From Spirochaetia bacterium (GTDB lineage Bacteria > Spirochaetota > Spirochaetia > UBA9216): 64,000 nucleotides of DNA. A model generated the notes under the pieces. The model was not told the origin of the DNA, did not search any database, and saw only the letters and a list, made by a program, of their open reading frames with translations. The DNA is taken from positions 128,001 to 192,000 of the forward strand of contig OZ223264.1 in the NCBI GenBank assembly GCA_965140585.1, in the 5' to 3' direction. This document shows positions 58,750-64,000 of the stretch, piece by piece (within the stretch, counting starts at the first letter, position 1; each line of letters opens with the position of its first letter). A program made the translations under genes and the position numbers.

Positions 58750-59910
58750 ATGGAATCTATAGGCGAAAAACTCACCTCTGCTAGGGAATCCCTGGGCTAT
58801 ACTGTTGAACAGATTGCCCGTGATACAAATATAGCTAAAAGTTACCTCAATGCCCTTGAAAATGAAGATTTTTCCGTTTTTCCCGGTGAAACCTATCTTT
58901 ACGGTTTTTTAAGAAATTATTCAGAATATCTCGGACTAGAGCCCGAAGATATGGTTACTTTATATAAAAACATGCAGCTTCAGGAGCAGCCTGCTCCGAT
59001 GGAAGAGCTGCTTGTAAAGCGACGTTCCTTTACCGGAGTAGCAGTACTCATTATTTTTCTTGTTCTTGCAGGACTTGGTGCGGCCGGTTACTTCTGGTTA
59101 TATCCGACCTTTATAGCAGGAGATTCAGAAAGACCCCAGCGGGTTGAGGAAGAAGCTCCTGAAGTAAAACAGCCGGAAAAGGAAATTGTTGTTAAGAATG
59201 TCTACGAGTTCGCAGATGAGGTTGTTGAACGGCGTTTCAAGGCAGGGGACGCTATTTCTGTGAAACTAAAGGATGATTCTTACAGAATGGTTATCGCATC
59301 CGCCGGTGACACTCTTGGCCTGATACTTCCTTCAGGAGAAATTGAAGTTCCTGCTGGTGAAGAGACCATGGTCGATCTTAACGGAGACACAACCGCCGAC
59401 ATCAGGATGCTTGTGCGTACCATCGATTCAGCCAATTCTTCAGCAGTAATACATATAGATCGATTTGTTCAGGCTACAGTACAGCTTGCCAACCGAACCG
59501 ATTCTGCTGCACCTGCGGCAGATACAGCCCCGGCAGATACAGGAATTACTGCTGTTTCCGCCGGAGAAGCCGGTTCCCCTTCAAGAGTAAGGGAGCCTGC
59601 AGTAATCCGTGAGGCATCAAGGCCGGAACCCTTTAACATCAATGTTGTATTCAGAGGCTACTGTCTCATGCGTTACAGCTCTGATAATTCAGTGAGGGAA
59701 GAACGTTATTTTCACAAGGGCGAAACTTTCCGTCTTGATGTGAATTCAACTGTAACTCTCTGGGTTTCAAATGCCGGTTCCTTCTCCGGAAAGGTTAACG
59801 GGGTTGATATAAACATCGGCGATCAGGGTGAGGTTTCAGCAGGCACCATCAGATGGATCTACAACAGTGAAAAAGCCGTATATGAACTCACATTAACACC
59901 GGTTTACTGA
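58750..59910 (+). CDS. rodZ: RodZ-like HTH membrane protein
   Basis: IGEKLTSARE...YLNALEN..YLYGFLRNYSEYLGL, one TM. Confidence 0.88.
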   Translation: MESIGEKLTSARESLGYTVEQIARDTNIAKSYLNALENEDFSVFPGETYLYGFLRNYSEYLGLEPEDMVTLYKNMQLQEQPAPMEELLVKRRSFTGVAVLIIFLVLAGLGAAGYFWLYPTFIAGDSERPQRVEEEAPEVKQPEKEIVVKNVYEFADEVVERRFKAGDAISVKLKDDSYRMVIASAGDTLGLILPSGEIEVPAGEETMVDLNGDTTADIRMLVRTIDSANSSAVIHIDRFVQATVQLANRTDSAAPAADTAPADTGITAVSAGEAGSPSRVREPAVIREASRPEPFNINVVFRGYCLMRYSSDNSVREERYFHKGETFRLDVNSTVTLWVSNAGSFSGKVNGVDINIGDQGEVSAGTIRWIYNSEKAVYELTLTPVY

Positions 59911-59919
59911 GATTAGATT

Positions 59920-61293
59920 TTGGATAATCTGCGTACCTATTACCTGGAAAGCCTCGGCTGTGCAAAAAATCAGGTAGATTCAGAAGTAATTATAGAATCT
60001 CTAAATAAGGCTGCGTGGCAGCGTGTGATAGATCCGGCGCTGGCAAAGCTGATCATTGTTAATACCTGCGGCTTTATCGAAAGTGCGAGGGAAGAATCGA
60101 TAAATGTGCTGATTTCTTTCCGTGATGCATTTCCTGATGCCTGGGTAGTCTCTGCCGGATGTCTTTCCCAGCGCTACTACGAGGAGCTTGCAGAGTCGAT
60201 GCCGGAACTTGACGGTATCTTTGGCAACAGCTATCCCGGAATGGTTTCAGAGTTTGTTGAAAGGCTTGGAAAGGGAAATTCCCAGAAGGTATTTATCCCT
60301 GAGGAAGGTTCCGCCGATTCTCAGCAGACTGAAACTGAAGAACTTCTCAGTGAGGAGCGTGAGCAGCTGCTTTCAACCCAGGGCAGTGCATACATCAAGC
60401 TTGCTGAGGGCTGCAGTAATAACTGCAGTTTCTGCGCCATTCCAATTATCAGAGGTCCGATAAAAAGCAGAAGCATTGATGGTATAGAGAAGGAGGCCCG
60501 CAATCTTGTTGCCCGCGGAATTTACGAAATTAATCTGATAGCCCAGGATCTCGGTTCCTTTGCTGTCGATACCGAGGGGAGATGTAAGCTGCCTGAGCTG
60601 CTTTCAAGGCTTGATTCGATTGAAGGCGATTTCATCATCCGTATGCTTTATATTCATCCTGATAACTTTCCGGAAGAAATCCTTGAAATCTGTATAAACA
60701 GCAGGCATATTGTTCCGTATTTTGATATCCCCTTTCAGCATGCATCAGAGCGGGTACTTGAGGCTATGAACCGTCGGGGAAATCCCGGGAAATATCTCTA
60801 CCTGATTAATAAAATAAGAACAGTTCTGCCCGAAGCTGTAATAAGAACAACTTTCATGCTCGGATTCCCGGGAGAAACTCCTGAAGATCTTGAGATTCTT
60901 GAGAACTTCATTAAGGATGCAAAGGTTGACTGGGCTGGTTTCTTTGTTTACTCAAGAGAAGAAGGAACAGCCGCCTACAGCCTTGAGACTCAGCGTAAAA
61001 TAAAAAAGACAGTAGCGTCTGCGTCAAAGCAGCTTGAACACTTTCAGCAGGTTCAGCAGGACGTTTCCGAAGAAGCTATGAAAAGATTCCGGGGACAGAA
61101 GATGAAGCTGCTGGTAGAGGACAGGGTTGAAAAAGAAAACCTTTTTATCTGCCGTGCCTGGCTTCAGGCTCCTGAGGTGGACGGACTGGTAGTGCTTAAC
61201 TCTGATGATCTCAGCCTGAAACCCGGTGATACTGTAAGTGCTGTCGTGACAGCCGTGAACGGTCTTGATCTCGAAGCTGATACAGAAGAGTAA
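59920..61293 (+). CDS. rimO: Ribosomal protein S12 methylthiotransferase
   Basis: SLGCAKNQVDSE, NTCGFI, EGCSNNCSFCAIP, APEVDG. Confidence 0.96.
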   Translation: MDNLRTYYLESLGCAKNQVDSEVIIESLNKAAWQRVIDPALAKLIIVNTCGFIESAREESINVLISFRDAFPDAWVVSAGCLSQRYYEELAESMPELDGIFGNSYPGMVSEFVERLGKGNSQKVFIPEEGSADSQQTETEELLSEEREQLLSTQGSAYIKLAEGCSNNCSFCAIPIIRGPIKSRSIDGIEKEARNLVARGIYEINLIAQDLGSFAVDTEGRCKLPELLSRLDSIEGDFIIRMLYIHPDNFPEEILEICINSRHIVPYFDIPFQHASERVLEAMNRRGNPGKYLYLINKIRTVLPEAVIRTTFMLGFPGETPEDLEILENFIKDAKVDWAGFFVYSREEGTAAYSLETQRKIKKTVASASKQLEHFQQVQQDVSEEAMKRFRGQKMKLLVEDRVEKENLFICRAWLQAPEVDGLVVLNSDDLSLKPGDTVSAVVTAVNGLDLEADTEE

Positions 61294-61295
61294 AT

Positions 61296-61334
61296 GAGTT
61301 TCTTTCGAAACTCGGTTAGCATTGAAATAGCCTT
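61296..61334. repeat. 17-5-17 palindromic repeat, degenerate A/B copy
   Basis: GAGTTTCTTTCGAAACT-CGGTT-AGCATTGAAATAGCCTT. Confidence 0.6.
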
Positions 61335-61436
61335 AAATATCAAATAAATCCACATTCATATAATCAGGCATCTCTCCACATAATTGTAATTTTATGCTAA
61401 TCTCTGCTCTGTAATATTTGTTTACAGGAGTTTCAG

Positions 61437-63122
61437 ATGTCTGATATGGAAAAAAAGAGTCCGTCGAATTTTATTCGCGATATTATAGACAGCGATCTTG
61501 CGTCCGGAAAACGCAGCAGTGTGGTTACCAGATTCCCTCCGGAGCCCAACGGTTACCTGCATATAGGACACGCAAAATCAATATGCCTCAACTTCGGTAT
61601 AGCCAGGGATTATAAGGGAAAGTGCAACCTCCGCTTTGACGACACCAATCCGGCCAAGGAAGAGCAGGAGTATATCGACTCAATCCAGGAAGACGTTAAA
61701 TGGCTTGGTTTTGAATGGGGGTCTGAGGCTCTGTATGCTTCTGACTATTTTGATCAGATGTATGAATGGGCTAAGCTTCTCATTAAAGAAGGCAAGGCCT
61801 ATGTTGACGATCTTACAGCAGAGGAGATTAGAGAACACCGCGGAACTCTTAAGGAACCGGGAAAGGAAAGTCCTTACCGCAACAGAACTCCTGAAGAAAA
61901 TCTTGAACTTTTTGAAAAGATGAAGGACGGGGAATTTCCAGACGGTTCAAAAACCCTTAGAGCAAAGGTTGATATGACTTCGCCCAACCTCAATATGCGC
62001 GATCCGGTAATGTACAGAATAGTCCGCGCCCCTCATCCGCGTCAGGGTGATAAATGGTGTATCTACCCCATGTATGACTGGGCGCACGGCCTTGAAGATT
62101 CTCTTGAAGAAATCACACACTCAATCTGTACTCTCGAATTTGAGGATCACCGTCCGCTTTATGACTGGTTTATCGACCAGATTCCGGGAATTCACCATCC
62201 CCAGCAGATTGAGTTTGCAAGGCTTAATCTTAACTACACGGTTATGAGCAAAAGAAAGCTCCTCCAGCTGGTAAAGGAAAATCACGTTAACGGATGGGAT
62301 GATCCGCGTATGCCGACAATCAGCGGTTTCAGGCGCAGGGGATATACTCCAGAGTCAATCAGGGATTTTGCGAACCGTATCGGTGTAGCAAAGGCCGACA
62401 GCACTGTTGACTTTGCCCTGCTTGAGCACTGTCTGAGGGAAGACCTGAACATGCGATCGCTGAGACGTATGGCTGTTCTCAAGCCTCTAAAACTTGTAAT
62501 TGAAAACTATCCCGAAGATCAGGTTGAATGGTTCGAAGGTGAGAATAACCCTGAAGACGAAAACTCCGGAACACGGAAGATTCCTTTCTCTAAAGTCCTC
62601 TATATCGAACAGGATGATTTCATGGAGGAAGCTCCGAATAAAAAATATTTCAGGCTTGCTCCCGGTAAAGAGGTTCGTTTAAAGCACGCTTACTATGTTA
62701 CATGTACCGGATATGAAAAAGACCCTGCAACCGGCGAAATTACAAAAGTCCGATGTACCTATGATCCCGACTCAAGGGGCGGCTGGACTGATGATGGACG
62801 CAAGGTTAAGGGAACAAGCCACTGGGTTTCCGCTTCACATGCGGTAAAGGCTGAGGTTCGGCTGTATTCACACCTTTTCAATGCTGAGAACCCAGGCTCT
62901 GAAACCGGAAACTTTCTTGATGACATAGATCATAACTCACTTGAAATCCTCACCGACTGTATGATTGAGCCTTCGCTTGCAGAAGAAAAGGCTTATTCCA
63001 ACCTGCAGTTTCTGAGGCAGGGTTACTTCTGCGTCGATCCTGATTCAACCCCTGAAAAACCGGTATTCAATAGAACAACAGGCCTCAGGGATACCTGGGC
63101 AAAGATTCAGAAAAACGGTTAG
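61437..63122 (+). CDS. glnS: Glutamine--tRNA ligase
   Basis: [33 protein letters not shown]. Confidence 0.98.
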   Translation: MSDMEKKSPSNFIRDIIDSDLASGKRSSVVTRFPPEPNGYLHIGHAKSICLNFGIARDYKGKCNLRFDDTNPAKEEQEYIDSIQEDVKWLGFEWGSEALYASDYFDQMYEWAKLLIKEGKAYVDDLTAEEIREHRGTLKEPGKESPYRNRTPEENLELFEKMKDGEFPDGSKTLRAKVDMTSPNLNMRDPVMYRIVRAPHPRQGDKWCIYPMYDWAHGLEDSLEEITHSICTLEFEDHRPLYDWFIDQIPGIHHPQQIEFARLNLNYTVMSKRKLLQLVKENHVNGWDDPRMPTISGFRRRGYTPESIRDFANRIGVAKADSTVDFALLEHCLREDLNMRSLRRMAVLKPLKLVIENYPEDQVEWFEGENNPEDENSGTRKIPFSKVLYIEQDDFMEEAPNKKYFRLAPGKEVRLKHAYYVTCTGYEKDPATGEITKVRCTYDPDSRGGWTDDGRKVKGTSHWVSASHAVKAEVRLYSHLFNAENPGSETGNFLDDIDHNSLEILTDCMIEPSLAEEKAYSNLQFLRQGYFCVDPDSTPEKPVFNRTTGLRDTWAKIQKNG

Positions 63123-63136
63123 AGCATAATTTATTT

Positions 63137-63769
63137 ATGAGCAGTTTGTTTGCCTCATTTGATCTGTCTGCCGCCGACTGGGGCTTCGCAATGCTGGCTG
63201 CAGTTTTTATCGGCGCAAACAGATCCGGTGTCGTCAGCATTATACTGCTTACAGTTCCGATCTTCGCCTATATATTCGGCGGACGTGATTCTGTAGGCAT
63301 AATTCTGCCGGTTCTGATCATTGCTGATATTACAGCAGTAATTTCCTACCGCCGATCGGTAAGATGGAAGGAACTAATTGGAATACTGCCCTGGGCCCTG
63401 TGCGGAGTTCTTTTTGCTGTATTTATCGGCTCAAAGATTTCTGATGCAAATTTTAAAATTTTCATTGCAGCCGCAGTAATTATTGTTCTCATTTTTCTCA
63501 CAGTAAAAGAAGTCGGCGGAAAAGAAATAAAACTAAAAAGCAGATGGTATATCAATGCGGGAATAGGTATTCTCGGCGGATTTACCTCCATGATTGGAAA
63601 CGCTTCCGGACCAATCCTTGCTGTTTATTTTATTTCGCTTGATCTCGAAAAAAAGGAATTTGTTTCCACCAAAGCCTGGTTTTTCTTTATTATCAACCTT
63701 CTCAAGCTTCCATTTCATATTTTTGTTCTGGCAGCTACCTTTATAGCTGCAGTATTTATGCTGCTGTAA
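63137..63769 (+). CDS. TauE/SafE family permease (possibly internally deleted)
   Basis: Hydrophobic; [20 protein letters not shown]; short at 210 aa. Confidence 0.8.
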   Translation: MSSLFASFDLSAADWGFAMLAAVFIGANRSGVVSIILLTVPIFAYIFGGRDSVGIILPVLIIADITAVISYRRSVRWKELIGILPWALCGVLFAVFIGSKISDANFKIFIAAAVIIVLIFLTVKEVGGKEIKLKSRWYINAGIGILGGFTSMIGNASGPILAVYFISLDLEKKEFVSTKAWFFFIINLLKLPFHIFVLAATFIAAVFMLL

Positions 63770-63812
63770 ATACGGCGTTGACAGAAGTGCCTCAATAGAC
63801 CAACATAGCAGC

Positions 63813-64000
63813 ATGGATTATCTTTCCGGACTCAACAGACAGCAGCTAGAGGCTGTAACATATGATGGACAGAGCCTTCTGATACTTGCAGGGGCGGGCT
63901 CCGGAAAAACCAGGGTAATTACCTCGCGTATTGCCTGGCTCATTGCGCAGCAGGGGATAAATCCTCGTTCAATACTTGCAGTAACCTTTACTAATAAGGC
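63813..64000 (+). CDS. pcrA: UvrD/PcrA helicase, N-terminal part (runs off the window)
   Basis: [16 protein letters not shown]...[21 protein letters not shown]...ILAVTFTNK. Confidence 0.93.
   Translation, partial: MDYLSGLNRQQLEAVTYDGQSLLILAGAGSGKTRVITSRIAWLIAQQGINPRSILAVTFTNK

Overview
Chromosomal window from a moderately AT-rich bacterium, most likely a free-living or anaerobic spirochaete. This is an inference from gene content (bat operon, lolA-rodZ-rimO, archaeal-type pyrH, 'ASG-x-x-E' type substrate-binding proteins). The left half (1-34 kb) is accessory. It holds a sigma54-driven NMT1/THI5-type ABC importer, purU, an MCP, a larA-like gene paired with a phosphatase, surface-protein pairs, a collapsed GH78 rhamnosidase/sugar-ABC operon with a nonsense-disrupted AraC, and a tatCBA + FMN-binding lipoprotein + Tat-exported flavin reductase module. 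It ends at tRNA-Arg(CCT). The right half is mostly housekeeping: ald with an Lrp regulator, argJ-moxR-bat-smr, infA, dksA, tRNA-Leu(CAA), rsmE, pyrH, lolA, rodZ, rimO, glnS and the start of pcrA. The most notable signals are (1) a dispersed family of 17-5-17 bp palindromes with interchangeable arms, (2) the self-contained Tat/flavin reductase module preceded by an orphan Tat signal-peptide remnant, (3) a circularly permuted NMT1-type binding protein, and (4) a dif-like site beside a very acidic orphan protein at the tRNA-Arg 3' end. No CRISPR array, rRNA or intact transposase/integrase was seen. All calls come from reading motifs by eye; no database searches were run.
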